From: Catajapyx aquilonaris
Taxonomy: Eukaryota
DNA length: 64,000 bases
Assembly: GCA_000934665.2 (NCBI GenBank)
Contig: KZ538293.1
Location: 1-64,000 of the forward strand
Reading direction: 5' to 3'
Shown here in pieces: positions 32,997 through 46,380 of the stretch. Under the pieces are notes generated by a model. It was not told the DNA's origin. It made no database searches and worked only from the letters and a program-made list of their open reading frames with translations. The stretch's first letter is position 1. Each line of letters begins with the position of its first letter. Position numbers and translations under genes: made by a program.

Positions 32997-35900
32997 TCAA
33001 AATTCAAGGCGGTAGGCTGAACAACTTGTTTCGTGGTCTTGCAGGTTGATTGTGCATCGACTGGCAGAAGGAGCCAGGTCTATGTTGCACCGGGCCAGGT
33101 TTTCCTCGTTTTCTGCCACCCAGTAGCCCAGTGTGTCCGTGTCGTATGTGGGTATGATTGTCACCTCTGAAAACACAAATCAAATCAGTATTCATACTAA
33201 GAAGAATCTTTAAGTTATTTTTTAAAAAATGGCAAATCAAATCATGATTCGAGTATACTTTTTCTCATTGGGAAGCTGTCAGACTTTTTTTTTCGATGAA
33301 AAAAGTCTAAAAGTGTGCAGGGTTAAGCACCACCCTGTAGTTGCCATCATGTGAAATTACACAAAAGTACCTCATCAGACATGAATTCTCTAGAAGAACA
33401 TCAATAAATGCCATGGGGCTATTGTTATCTCAATGATTTGCCCCATTACCCTCCCATGGCAGCCAGCCAAATTTAGTAGGTCAGTAGGTGAGGTGTGCAA
33501 TGTTGCCAAAATGTGCAAGTTTTTCTGTGAATATTCTGCTTATTAATGATTTGTGGGGATTTGTGGACTAATTTTGGCGAGTTTAATGTTGATTATTTTG
33601 TACTTATGATTCATGAAGGATTTGTGCCAGGTTTTGTTGATTTGTAGGTGATTGGTGGATATTTTTTTTTTGCGAATTATTGTAACTCTACTAATGATTT
33701 ACAGATGATTTGTGTGAACTTATGAATGACTGTGTGTGATTTATAGATAATTTTGTCAATTTTGTCAATCTCACCAAGATCTTTATCCTCCCAGGTCTGC
33801 TTGGACTCTAGCAAAGTGTTGAAGACCTCCTTGCTTGGGTCGATCCCGCTGAAGACGTAGTAACGGGCTCGAACCTTCCGGAAGAACTCGTTGGAAGTAT
33901 ACTTGGAGTTACCGTGGTGTGGTACGTAGGCCAGGTCCACGTAGATGGGGCTCCCTGCTCGACCTGACCTCTGTTGCTGACCTCTCCTCCTCTCTTTGGT
34001 TGGGGTGCCCTTGCTGTTGTTCTTCCCGGCGTTCTTCTCCTTTTTGGGGGTCCCTGGCTTGGAGTTGTTTACATCCGTGCTGTTAGACCCCGGGGGCGGG
34101 ATGGGGGCGGGCAGGCCCATGGGCTTGCCCCACCCTGCCAGAGGGTCTGGCTTAGTGTCTCCGGGTTTAGGCTGCGGTGGCTGTTGCTGAGGTTGCTGCT
34201 GTTGTGGCTGTTGCTGCGGTGGCTGCTGCGGTGGCTGTTGCTGCGGTTGCTGCTGTTGTGGCTGTTGCTGCGGTGGCTGCTGCTGTGGCTGTTGGTGTTG
34301 GAATTGTTGAGGAGGCGCTGGGTAGTAGTAGTCTTCAGGTGGGTATGGTGGCTGACCAGGTGTTCCCTTGATGTCTTTGTCTTGTGGAGGTTGCTGGTAA
34401 CTGAAAGGTCAAATCGTACGTTATTTCCGGACTCTACAAGCGACACTCAATAGAGGGCCAGACGCGTTCGAGACGGAAGGGCTTTCGTAATGGGAGACGG
34501 ATGTGGCAGGGGTAGGGGCACGCTGCACCAACCTGTCCCATGACCTAACCGTCCTTCCGGCGGATACAAGCCTATCCTTCAGCAGATACTAGGTAAAAGT
34601 GAGGGGTCTCCCAATACGAAAGTGTACCCTTCGAGACACGCTCGCCTCGTTTCCAGCCGAGTGGAGGGCACAGTCGTCATGTCTCCAGCGCGTCTAACCC
34701 GCAATGTCGCAACATCAACCTGAATTCCTGGAAGTACTGTGACATTCCACTGGCCGTGTCTCCTGGCACGTGTTGCTGAGCAGACGTGATGTCTCCACCA
34801 GACATCTCCATCCGGTAACTCTGGTACTGCGGAGGAGGCTGGAAGGCTCGTCTCTCCTCCTCCTCATGCTGCTCGTGCTGGGATGTGGACATGCCGTCGT
34901 GTCCTCGAACCACGCTGTACCGGTCATCATCGTCGTCGTCATCCTCACCTTCCTGCAGTACCATAGTGCTGGGCTGCGACTGGTAACTGTACTCCCCTGA
35001 GGTCATCTCTGGTGTAGATGTGATCTTGGTGTCTTTTAAGACCATGCTCGACGGTGGTTTCGGGTCAGGGGGCAGCTCTCCGTAGAACGAGCTGGTCATC
35101 GAGCTCTGCATAACGTCGTATGCTGGTGCTGTCTTCTCGGACGAGAACTTGCGTACCGGCTCAGGTGTTGCGACAGACGCGACCTTTGCTTTGTCGCTAG
35201 TGTCGCTGCGACCGGCGTCAGACGATGGAGAAATGGCTCGGCTGCTCTCTTTGCTGGCGTCGCTCTTGGTCTGCTTGGGCATCGCAGCGACGTGGAACGA
35301 GCTGGTCATGTCCATCTTGGCCAATGGGTCGTCGATGTCGCTGTGGCCTGCGTCAGACGATGGGGTCAAAGGTCGTGTGTGCTTTCCGTCGCTCTTTCCG
35401 GCGTCAGAAGAAGGCGTCAGAGGTCGGCCATGTTTGTCGCTAACGTCGCTCTTGCCCGCATCAGACGCTGGGGTCAAAGGTCGCGTTCCTTTGTCACTAA
35501 CGTCACTCTTGCCGGCGTCTGATGATATTGACTTTCTCTGCGGAGCTGGAGACGCCAAGCCCAGTAGCTCTGGATGAGCGTCGCTGGTGTCACTACGGCC
35601 TGCGTCGGACGATGGACTTATCGGACGGTGGCCTTTGTCGCTAACGTCGCTCTTCCCAGCGTCTGACGAAATAGACTTTCTCTGCGGAGCTGGGGATGCC
35701 AAGCCCAATAACTCTGGATGAGCGTCGCTGGTGTCGCTACGGCCTGCGTCGGACGATGGACTGATCGGACGGTGGCCTTTGTCGCTCACGTCGCTCTTCC
35801 CAGCGTCTGATGAAATAGACTTTCTCTGTGGGGCAGGTGATGCTGCCACGTCGCTCTTTGGTGACGAGGGCGGTTTGTCGCTGACGTCGCTCTTCCCAGC

Positions 35901-38900
35901 GTCTGATGAGATTGATTTGCGCTGCGGGGCTGGTGAAGCGAGTCCAATAACGTCGCTCTTTGGTGACGCGGGTATTTTCTCGCTGGTGTCACTGCGACCA
36001 GAGTCAGACGGTGTGGGACTCACTGGTCGCTGGCTCTTGTCGCTGACATCGCTCTTCCCAGCGTCTGAAGAAATAGACTTCCTCTGCATGGCTGGTGATT
36101 CAAGACCCACAAATTCACTCTTTGGTGACGGAGGCGGCTTGTCACTAATGTCACTCTTTCCGGCATCTGAAGCGGGGCTGTGTGGACGGCCTTTGTCACT
36201 GACGTCGCTCTTACCGGCGTCTGATGAAATAGACTTACGTTGCGGGGCTGGTGACGCCAGTCCTGCGATGTCGCTCTTTGGTGACGCAGGAGGCTTATCA
36301 CTAATATCACTCTTGCCCGCATCAGAAGCGGGGCTGAGTGGACGTCCTTTGTCACTGACGTCGCTCTTACCCGCGTCTGACGAAATTGACTTCCGTTGTG
36401 GGGCTGGTGATGCTGAGCCAACAATGTCACTCTTTGGTGACGCAGGCGGCTTATCACTAACATCACTCTTGCCTGCATCTGAACTCGGGCTGAGTGGACG
36501 GCCTTTGTCACTGACATCGCTTTTACCCGTATCGGATGAGATAGACTTCCGCTGCGGTGTTGGTGATGCTGAGCCAACAATGTCGCTCTTTGGTGATGAT
36601 GGAGGCTTGTCGCTAATGTCCGACGATGGGGTCAAAGGTCGACCGCCCTTGTCGCTGGCGTCATCACGACCCGCATCGGACGAGGTAGACTTCCGCTGAG
36701 TCATAGGCGATGGGAAGCCGCCTACAACATCGCTCACGTCGCTCTTAGCCGGACTAGCAGCCCTGTCGCTCTTAGCCGGACTAGCAGCCCTGTCGCTCTT
36801 AGCCGGACTGGCAGCCCTGTCACTCTTAGCCGGACTAGCAGCCCTGTCGCTCTTAGCCGGACTGGCAGCCCTGTCACTCTTAGCCGGACTAGCAGCCCTG
36901 TCGCTCTTTGGTGACATTGACCTGACATCTTCAGCCGCAAGGCTTCCTGACCTGCTGTCCTTCTCCAGTTTACTGATCTCCAGTTTCTCCTCAGCATCTT
37001 TAGCCTTCACCGAATCCTTGCTGCTGGAAGCCGACACGTCACTCTTGGGGCTCACCTGTGGCGACGTCTCCTGCTGTGATTCGCTCACCTTCAGCGACAA
37101 TGACTCCTCAGGTTTGGACTTATCCGGTACAATCGCTTCCTTCACTTCTTCTACCAGCTTCTTAGCTTCTGTTTGCAAAGTGGCAGCGATCTCAGCCGCA
37201 CCTTTTGCGACTGAGAATTCAGTCTTTTTCTCTTCCTTCTCGGAAGACTTTGGAGGTGGAGGACTAGGTTCTCTGGAAATGTCTTTTGGCGATTGGGGTT
37301 TAGGGGAAGGTGATGGGGACATGTCTTTTGGAGTAGGTTTTTGGTCCTTCTCCATCTTCTCTGTCTCTTCTTTAACGGGTTTCTTTGTCTCCTTCTCCAT
37401 CGCCTCGGTGTCCTCCTTTCCTTCCTTCTCCATTTTTTCAGTGACATCCTTCGAGTCCATGTCTTTCTGTGGCTTTATTGGAGACTCCGGAGATGAGTCA
37501 GGAGACACTGTCACCACTTCCGCTTTCTCAGCAGACCTTACTTCATAAACAGGCTCTTCTTCAATTCCGGCCTCGATGTACGGTTCACTCATCACTAGTT
37601 CAGTCGCTTCTGTCAACGGTGGTGGTTTGGTCTTATCAGCACTCTCGTCGTAAATATGTGTTTCTTTTAGGACCGGAGAAGCCGCGGCCATTATTGAGGA
37701 CATGAGTTCGTCGCCATCGACTTCCTTGCACGACGATGCCCTGTGGATTGTGACGTGTGGTATTCCAGCATGTTCTTCCTCACCTTCGCTGGATTCGCTC
37801 TTATTGTCGTCTTTTCCTCCCAAGTCGCCAGTGGTAGTGCTAGGTCCTTCTGACACCTGCTTCGACACCTCCTTCTCCTCCTTGGAAATGTCGTGCTTTT
37901 CTTCAGGAGTAACCGCTTTTGCTGGCTCCTTTGGCGCTTCTTTTGTTGAAGATGATTCGACAACTTTAGTGCCGACAGTGTCTTTGATTTCGATTTTGGT
38001 TGCCGCCTGAGTTTCTTTAGCCGACTCTAGTTCACCTTTGATCTTTTCCTCAACTTCTTCTTCCTCTTCTTCTTCTTCCGCTTTCAGGACATCTTTGAGT
38101 GAGCTGAGCTCGTCTTTAATTTGCGTCGCTAGTTTTGGCACATCTGCCAAAGCCTCGCTTACGCTAGTTGGCTTCGTTTCTTCAGTCTTTTGAGGGGCTG
38201 CTGCCTCCACTTTTGCTGCTTGGGCAAGTTGAACTGTTTCTTTTTCTGCGTGGACAGCTGGAGAAGATGGTTTAGCCTCTTCCTTTTCTGGAGCCAGCTT
38301 GTGATCTTCCTCTTCTTCCTCCTCCTCTTCCTCCTCCTCCTCTTCAACCTCTTCCTCCTCATCCATATGGCCCTTTACATACTCGTCCTCGATTCGTTCG
38401 TCCAACGAAGGCTCTTTTCTAAATAGGGCCTCTGGAATTGCTCGTCTCTTTATCTCCTTCTGCTCTTCGGTATCTTCTGTCTTTTTGTCGTCGACTTTTT
38501 CGACCACTGCAGGTGCTGCTTCTTCCTTCTTTTCTGGTTCAGGAGAAGCTTCTTTCTTTTCGTGAGTAGGAGAAGCTTCTTCCTTCTTATCGTGAGCAGG
38601 AGACGCTTCGAGTGTTTGCTTCTCCTCCACTTTTGTTGTCACCTCCACCTTTGTTTCTGTCTTTTCCTCTACAGCTTCTTTTGGCTTGTCGTCCTTCTTT
38701 TCTGCTGCTGCTTCTTTCTTCTCTTCAGCAACTGCTTTCTCAGCGGGTTTGGGTGCCTCTTTGGTCTCAATTTTGTGCTCTTTCTCAATCTCCTCCTCCT
38801 TCACCTCCACTTTTTTCTCTTCAACCTTTGGTTCCTCTTTTGGCGGTTCTGGTTTGTCATCAGCTTTTGGTTCCTTCTTTTCTTCTGGTTCTTTCTTCTC

Positions 38901-41900
38901 TACTTTGGTTTCCTCCTTTACCTCTGATACTTTCTCTTCCACTTTTGCTTCCTCCTTTGGTTTTTCGTCCTTATCGAGTACGGGTACCTTGTCTTTCTCC
39001 GGAGCAGAAGGCACGGACTCTTCAGGCACATGTTCCTCTTTCTCCTCCACATCATGTTTGTCTTCTTCTTTTTCTTCGGTTTCTACGCTCTTGGCGTCCC
39101 TTTCGGCTTCTACTTTCCCTTTTGATGCTTCCGTAACGCACTCGTCGGTGACATATGTTCCAGGTTCCACTTCTTCGTGGACAGGAAGGTCAGCCACTTC
39201 ATCAGGAGTTTTGACAACGTCTCTGTGGTGCATGTAAGCTCGAGGTGGTTGTTTGATAATCTCAGGGATTGTTGTTGGAACAACCTTTTCTTCAGAGGGT
39301 TTGGCTGCTTGTTGATGAGCCACGTCCACTTTCTTAAATTCTACCTCAACATGTTCTGGTTTAGGTTCTGGTTTGGGGGTGATGGCCTCCTTCACCTTCT
39401 CCAACACTTCCTCAACCTTCTTGGGAACATCCTCTGTGACCTTCTCTTTGATTTCTTCTGCCAGATGCTTCACTCCGTCCGCAGCTTTCTCAAGCTCTTC
39501 TTGAAGCTCCTCCTGAAGTGATTTACCATTCTCTTCGGCTGGAGGGACCTGAACTGTGTCCTTTTCTTCTGCTTCTTCTTTGGTGTCCGCTGCAGCTTCC
39601 TTCGCCTCTTCCTCTTCCTCTTCCTCTTCTTCAGCAGGAATTTCTCCAACCTTCACAACTTCTTCTTCCTCCTCCTCTTCCTCAGCATCTTTGCCCTTTT
39701 CAACAACAACTTCCTTCTCTCCTGCTGATTTCTCTTCCTCTTCTTCCTTTTCTTCCTCGGCCTCTTCTTCCTCTTCTCCTGCTTCTTCTTCTTCCTCCTC
39801 CTCTTTCTGTTCACCTTCCTTAATCTCAACTGCATCTTCCTCACCCAGGGGTTCGGTCGACTCTTCCTTCTCACTCCTCTCAGCTTCCTTCACCACCTCT
39901 TCATCCGGAGATTCCTCTTCCTCTTCCTCCTCCTGTTCCGTCTTCTGTACAGCAGGTGCACCAACCTCTTTTTCAATGATAAGATACTCCTCTTCTTCTT
40001 CGTCGTCTCCTGGTACTGCCTTTGTCTCCTGTGAAATGGTCAGTTTGATTATCTCGTCCCTATTGTCCTCCGCAGGCTCTTCGGCAGCTGCTCCTGCATC
40101 AGTCGATCCTCCTTCGCTCTCGTCCGCCATCACTCCATTTGTGATCGGTTTGTCGATCGGTTCTTGCTCCCCGGTCGAAGGAGTGGTCACCTCAGAGTCC
40201 ACCTGCTTGTCGTCTTGTTTGGATATCACAGCGTCCTTGTCCGATTTGACTGATTGAGTAGGAGTACTCTTGGGTGTGCTCTTGGCCGAGGAGCCTTTGC
40301 TTGGTGATTTTGATGGAGCTTTTGCTGGAGAAGATATAGGTCGTCGCTTCACAGCTGTTTCCTTAGTCTCCTGCTGAGGTTTGTCTTTCTTAGCCGGTGG
40401 TTTCTTGGCTGTTCCGGCTCTAGCAGCTATGTTCTTGGCTTCAATCACCTTCTTGTCCTTCGTCTTCTTGATCGGGGATGGGCCTGGAGATGGCCTTGAC
40501 ACTCCTGGTTTTGGTTTGGGTTCGGCCTTTATCGGTGGCTTGGAAGTTCCGTTGACCTGCTTCTTCGGGGTCGGAGGAGACGATTTCTTGGCCTCTGTCT
40601 TGGGCTTTGGAGGTGAGGCCTTCTTCTCAACAGTCTTTGGTGGTTTGGAGTCGACTTTGGCTTCGACTTTGGACTTCTGTACAGCTGCAGTCTTTGGTTT
40701 CTCTGTTTTTATTTTAGCTTCAGTCTTCTTCTCAGGCTTTGCATCTGATTTGTCAGCTCCGTCCTTGTTGCTTGGCTTGCTCTCCATTTTTGCAGGTTTC
40801 TTGGTCACACTGATCCTTGTGGCGGAGGCTGGCTTGGCCTTTTGCACCTCAATCAGCGTGGGCGGTTTCGGTTGCTTCAGCTCTGTTATGATTCTTTCGA
40901 CGCTCTTGGGTCTTGACTTGTTACTGGATGCTGACAGGGACTTGGCTGAGCACACTGGATACTTGAGGAAGTCCAGGTGTCTCACCTTCTCCAAGCCCTC
41001 GAATATCTTGTGTTCGGGTGTGCTTCCGGGGAAAAGTATCCTGGTGATGGAATCGTTGGGGTTTGCGGGCTGCCAGATGAGTAATGCACATACGGAAACA
41101 AAATTTGAGACTGGGAAAGACAGCTCCTTTCCATCTACTCTCACAACCATCTTTGATGTCGGGTAAGACCTAGCGTCCATGTTCCATTTGGCCATGAACT
41201 CTTTCAGTTCCCTACTATCCTTCACTGGGTTCAGAATGTACAAGTCCAGCTTGCCATGCCCTACTTTGTGGTAAAGGTTAATAGGATCTATATTGTTCTC
41301 TCGATAACAAATGTGGGGCTTCAACTGAATCTGCCTGAGATTCTCAACCATCTCGTGCCCTTCCTCCAGGATGTTGATCAACAAATCGTCCTGGTCCTTG
41401 TCCCCGTCCGGGGAATTCTTCTTGTCAAAAACGTTGCAGAAGAAGTGTCCCACCTGCGGGTACACCTTGCTGCACTTCTTCCTCTTCAGTACAGCCGAGA
41501 TACCATTGATGTTATTGTTGTTGAGCCTCGTGATGAGTATGGCATCCAACCTGTCCAGATGTCTTGTGAAGTCCCAGAAGCAGGCTTTCCGGCTAAAACC
41601 TCCATCCACCAGCATGTTGAACCCATTGATTCCGAACAGGGCACAGTCACCTTGACCTCCAGGGAAGACATACAGGGTCGGGTGACTGAACCGAATATTT
41701 CCGACCACATCCGAAGGCTCCAGAAGCTGCTGGATCGAAGTCGGATGCAGGAATGGCGCTAAGTATTCCACAAACGCGGCGGTACCTGGAGTCACCGACA
41801 TCTTATCTCCAGGATTGATCGACACCTTACACAGTCGACTGAACGGTTCCTTGCCCATCCGAGTATCAGTCCAGTCTCCTTCTTGGGTGCAGTGGACATC

Positions 41901-42601
41901 CACACTGATGCAGTTGTCATAAGCCCGAATCACTCGCTGGACATCATTCTCCTGGAATGCCTCGGTGAAGTCCGCCACAGAAAAGGTTCCGTCCTGGAAG
42001 CAGCAAAGAAACATTAATTCTCTGGCTGCTGTATACAGGTGGCCACAAGAAGCTAGGCCTAGTTAAGTCTGGCTGGCATGGCCTAGTTAGGTCTGACTGG
42101 CACGGCCACATGGAGCTAGGCCTAGTTAAGTCCGACTGGCATGGCCTAGTTAGGCCTGACTGGCACGGCCACATGGAGCTAGGCCTAGTTAAGTCTGACT
42201 GGCATAGCCACATGGAGCTAGGCCTAGTTAGACCTGACTGTTATGTTGCTAAACCAAAAGGCAAAACTGACCTGTAAGATCCAGGATCCGGAACCGGCGA
42301 AGGTGTACCCTGCATGGATGATGTGACGGTGCTTCGTGAAGCTGGCCAGAAGATTCTTCATGCATTGCAACAGCGTGTTGACTTGTGGATGGATCAGGAC
42401 TTCAGTCACCAAGCCCTCGCTCGCATATTGGATCAGCCTTTCTCCTGAAAATTGTCAAAAAAATGTTAGTTGACAAAATATGAATGTATGCGTAGGACTT
42501 ACCATTTCGTGCCTCTTCTCCTTCTGGCGCCTGCTGAGCGATGATCTGAAGTTCTTTGTCCAAATCCAAATGCGCCTTGTCTATGTCCCATGATAGGAAA
42601 C
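32997..42601 (-). CDS. futsch: Futsch / MAP1A-B-like microtubule-associated protein, 5'-partial; exons 42601-42503, 42444-42272, 41993-34720, 34400-33775, 33166-32997 (~2780 codons)
   Basis: Conserved MAP1 N-domain (GFLSWD, PEGEEARNGERLIQYASE, LYVFPGGQGDCALFGINGFNMLVDGGF), K/E-rich and Ser-Pro repeat middle, WGKPMGLP, and light chain (YVDLAYVPHHG, RARYYVFSG, EVTIIPTYDTD, SRCTINLQDHETSCSAYRLEF*). All junctions are GT-AG and in frame. First coding exon not found in the window. Confidence 0.95.
34440..34710 (-). ncRNA. Structured intronic RNA element of unknown class in futsch intron 34401-34719
   Basis: Nested complementary arms: 34440-45/34705-10, 34460-74/34681-95, 34476-81/34627-32 and 34482-98/34606-22 (16 of 17 bp), plus inner hairpins with GGAA and GAAA loops on the sense strand. 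Confidence 0.6.
35380..36910 (-). repeat. Coding tandem repeats of Futsch: (SDRAASPAK)x6 27-nt units at ~36740-36910, and longer SPAPQRKSISSDAGKSDVSDK...P.SP units
   Basis: Directly visible in DNA and protein. Confidence 0.95.
42040..42238. repeat. Intronic minisatellite with alternating ~38- and ~24-nt units around a CTAGGCCTAG palindrome
   Basis: GGCCACATGGAGCTAGGCCTAGTTAAGTCTGACTGGCA and GGCCTAGTTAGGTCTGACTGGCAC repeated. Confidence 0.9.
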
Positions 42602-45600
42602 CTGTAATGAAAATAGTGCTCAGACTTGTAATCTCCACCCAAAACTCCAGAAAAGAAAACAACCTCTTCCATCTTTGTATCTCACAGTGTTTATACTACG
42701 AAAGTCTCGACCCCTAAGGGCATCCTATGGTTGTGCAAATAAAGAAACCCCCAGTTTTTTTTTTGGAAGTTCTCTCCGGGAAGTCATTACGGTCCTTCCA
42801 AAACAAACTTAATGTCCTCTTCTTTCATCCTGTCGCAAGTCGCAAGTTTTGAAGGGGAGGATTGGATGTAGCCAGAGGACATTCTGTTGCAGTTGGAAGA
42901 TTCAATTACCTTCCAAGTGGAGGAGAAAGTTTTAGAGGCGGTTTGTGCTGAAGGACATGTCACAAACAATTACTGTACTTGCATTGCGGCAATGTGTACC
43001 TTGAATTCGTCATGAATTCGTTCCTTTGGCTATATCCTTTTGTGCTAATCGCGATTTCGTTAGCGACACTCCATTCCACTCGAATTGGCTTTTTTTATCC
43101 GGATTCTATCACTCGACATCCCCGGATTTTCAGTGAGTGAATTTAAGTCTCTTCACAGCCCCTAGTTTTCTCAGACGACACTTCAAAATGAAACCAATTT
43201 GCTATCTGGATTGGAATGATCCGTCGCCCCTTTTCGCTAACGAGACAAATCGGGACGAATAGTGCGACAGCGATGAAGGGATCTTAGATCACTTTAAAAT
43301 GTCAAAAGTTACGTGGATCATGTCTTGAGAGGAATGCTACGTAACAAAGATTGGATCTATAAAATAATATATTGTACGTTTGTTTTGTTACAATTTGACC
43401 AAATTTGCAAGGCCATTTCATATTGGAACAACTCATACCATTTTCGGTCCAATTTGACACAATCGTGCAAAAAAATTAACAAAGTTTTTGATCCCAATTT
43501 TTTGGCTCATGGCACATGCTTCTTGACCTTTGGCCCAAATAAGACTAACCGATCGACACAGTTACCCGATGACATTACGTGATCCGCAAAAAGTTCGCCC
43601 TCCTTTAATAACACAAATTCCACCATTTTCTTCGAAACGACTTCGTATCATGCATCTCAACACCTCAACACACGAGACCATCGATTTTCCCACTAACCAA
43701 GAAGAACAGATTGTGACTTCAAGTCTTGTCCCGTCCGACCAACGCCTATTCACTATTGATCCCACAGATTAGGACACACGAGGGAAAAAAAGGTTCCAAA
43801 ATGGCGTCTAGTGTCCTCCAACCGAGAAATAAACTTTGAAATGATTTTTTTTAAACCCCCTGAATTCGAGAACGAAAGGATGATGATGAATTGGCTTAGA
43901 TAACACTCAGGGTAATGATGACACCGAGTGAAAATATGGCCTAGAGATAAAAACATGCGCGACGGTGTGTAACACAATATTGTTGACACCGTCAGATCAT
44001 GAAGGGGCCGCTGCCAAGCGTAATGAGATTTCACGGTGCGTAATTTGTACGAACACTAATCGTCTGCACGGAAAACCACCGGCGGAACAAGTACAAGAGT
44101 TCACCGTATCAAGATTCACGATTAAATAATTAATCAACGTGACGATTCAATTGAATGTATAGACTTGGACGAAATGGCGTCATTGATTTATAATTATTTT
44201 AGGCCTAGTGTTTATTAACTTTTTGTGTGGATTGACCCATTTGTGGTTTTACTTTGTTTGCTGATTAACTTACTTATTATATGCCCCTCTAAGCATCTGG
44301 CTGGGAGTAACATTGTTATTGAGTTCAGATGTTAGCTAAAACAGTTCTGAGAATCGACTTGCGCAAACTTCCTGAAGGTTAATAATGGTCGTTACCAGCC
44401 GGAAACGGACCAAGGATTGAAGTAGTACCTAGTTAGAACAGGGCGTAACCCCTCTTCGAATGGCATTACAGTAATTTAGACTCCATTTGGAGCTGACAGG
44501 AATTTCAACTAGCTAAAACCCGCAGGACTAAAGATCAAAAAACGGCCATCATTGAACCGACCCTATGCTCCAACAGCTTCAGATGTACTATCGTTCCATA
44601 GCCGTTTTAACAAATTCAAACTAATGAATCCAGCCCATTTCCAGCCTATTGCGTAAGAGGCGGCCATCTTGGAGCGACCACTAGTATAATTCCAAACGGA
44701 TTTATACGGGTCTATAAATAATGTCAGGTGACTAAAGCTAGACTTTATCCCAAGTTCAACGCTCTGGATGTTTCTATACCCTCCCTTCCCCCTCCTCCCC
44801 GCCCATTTTGCTTCATCCTCTATAGTCCCTGCGCTTCGATATTGATTTCGCCTTCCCCCTGCGACTATGGTATGGGACTGGGATTTTCCCCCCAACAGCC
44901 CTAGAAACTCTCAGACCCGGGTATTGCGACATTTAAAAAAAAACCCGTAATGTCAACATAGTCTCTAGCCCAGCCGGATTTATTATTGGTATACACAGAG
45001 CGAATCCCACGTTCCCATTATTTTAGCTGGACGTCGGACGAAATTGCGAGGTCCTTTTTTGATAGAACTGGATTTAATTTCATGCATTGCTCGTAAAAAC
45101 ATTGGAATGGTTAAAATGCAGATAAGGGAGAACGGCATTTTTTTAAACGGTCGAAAAAAAACCGGTACAAACGATATCGCTGAGAAGAAAAATGGCAAAA
45201 GCTATGGAAAATGAAAGACAAGAAGTAAAACGACAAAATCTGATGGAAAATACAAAATAATGATAAAAATTATAAATAATACCAAGTATCGGTGACGAAA
45301 AACGTTAAAAAAGGTGGAAAAACGGTAGAAACGAAAATCGCGGAGAAGCGAAACGGCAAAAACTGTGGAAAACGAAAGATAAGTAAAGCGGTAAAATTAT
45401 GATAAAAACATAAATAAATATCCATACGAAAGTATCGGTGAAGAAAACGATAATACGGGGGAAAAACGGTAGAAACGAAAATTTCGGAGAAGAAAAAGGG
45501 CGAAAAACTATGAAAAACGAAAGACGAAAGACGCAAGTAAAACGGTAAAATCACTGTAAAACAACAACGATAAAACACAACATAACCGGCGTCAAAAAAA

Positions 45601-46070
45601 ACCAAACGAGAAACGGTTAAACGGTTAAATAATGGTAGAAAAGAACATATCGGATAAAAAACGTCAAAATCATGATAAAAAAAGAAACTCTTAAAAAACC
45701 GCGTTAAACCATACAAAAACCGAAAAAGACCACTAATATCATCGTTTCCATGTCCATTTTGCTACCGTTTCCCTCAAATTTCCCGGCCAATTATTGCCCA
45801 GAGAATTGATTGCAATATCCGGCGCAATTACTGTCAAGAAGGCGCGATTACTGGTGTTTGCTCGCATTATTTTCCATGGCATTGGGGGTAGATTTGAAGG
45901 ATTGTAATCCCTTTAATTACCATGAGGTTACGGCAGCTTCCGATTAAACTGCTGGCAGATCATAATTGCTGATTGTCAAAAAATTAATGTGCGGGCAACT
46001 GATCACGAAGGGTTAATGAAATTGTACAGATCCTAATAATTTGGGATAAAAATTGTTCATAATAAAAATT

Positions 46071-46257
46071 GTGAAACCTGACTCCATCACGTGAAACCTG
46101 ACTCCATCATATGAAACCTGACTCCATCATATGAAACCTGACTCCATCAAATGGCTACAGGGTAGAAATGCTTGCGCATGAGCAGAGATGATTGGGGCGG
46201 AGAGGGGGGATGGTGATGGTGGTGATGATAACGATAATGACGAGAAGGAGGAGGAGT

Positions 46258-46297
<40 letters not shown>

Positions 46298-46339
46298 TGA
46301 TGACGATGACGATGAAGATGATTATCATCATCCTCATCA

Positions 46340-46373
<34 letters not shown>

Positions 46374-46380
46374 GGTGACT
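46071..46380. repeat. 20-nt tandem repeat x4 (46071-46150) followed by a compound (GAC)/(GAT)/(GGT) microsatellite (~46200-46380)
   Basis: RTGAAACCTGACTCCATCAH x4; trinucleotide runs. Confidence 0.92.

Noticed and set aside
34401..34719. Intron-encoded RNase P/MRP, SRP, 7SK, group II intron or telomerase RNA as the identity of the structured intron
   Set aside because: I could not find P4 motifs (GGAAGGUCUGAG / AUUCAGAC, GAAAGUCCCC), SRP helix 8, 7SK GAUC pairs or a convincing domain V. A CCTAACC template-like 7-mer on the plus strand is too short to count. Left as unknown class pending an Rfam search.
34715..41762. Many long plus-strand and alternative-frame ORFs
   Set aside because: Antisense shadows of the low-complexity Futsch exon.
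42040..42238. Palindromic repeats superficially like a CRISPR array
   Set aside because: No unique spacers, no cas genes, and it lies within a spliceosomal intron of a eukaryotic gene.
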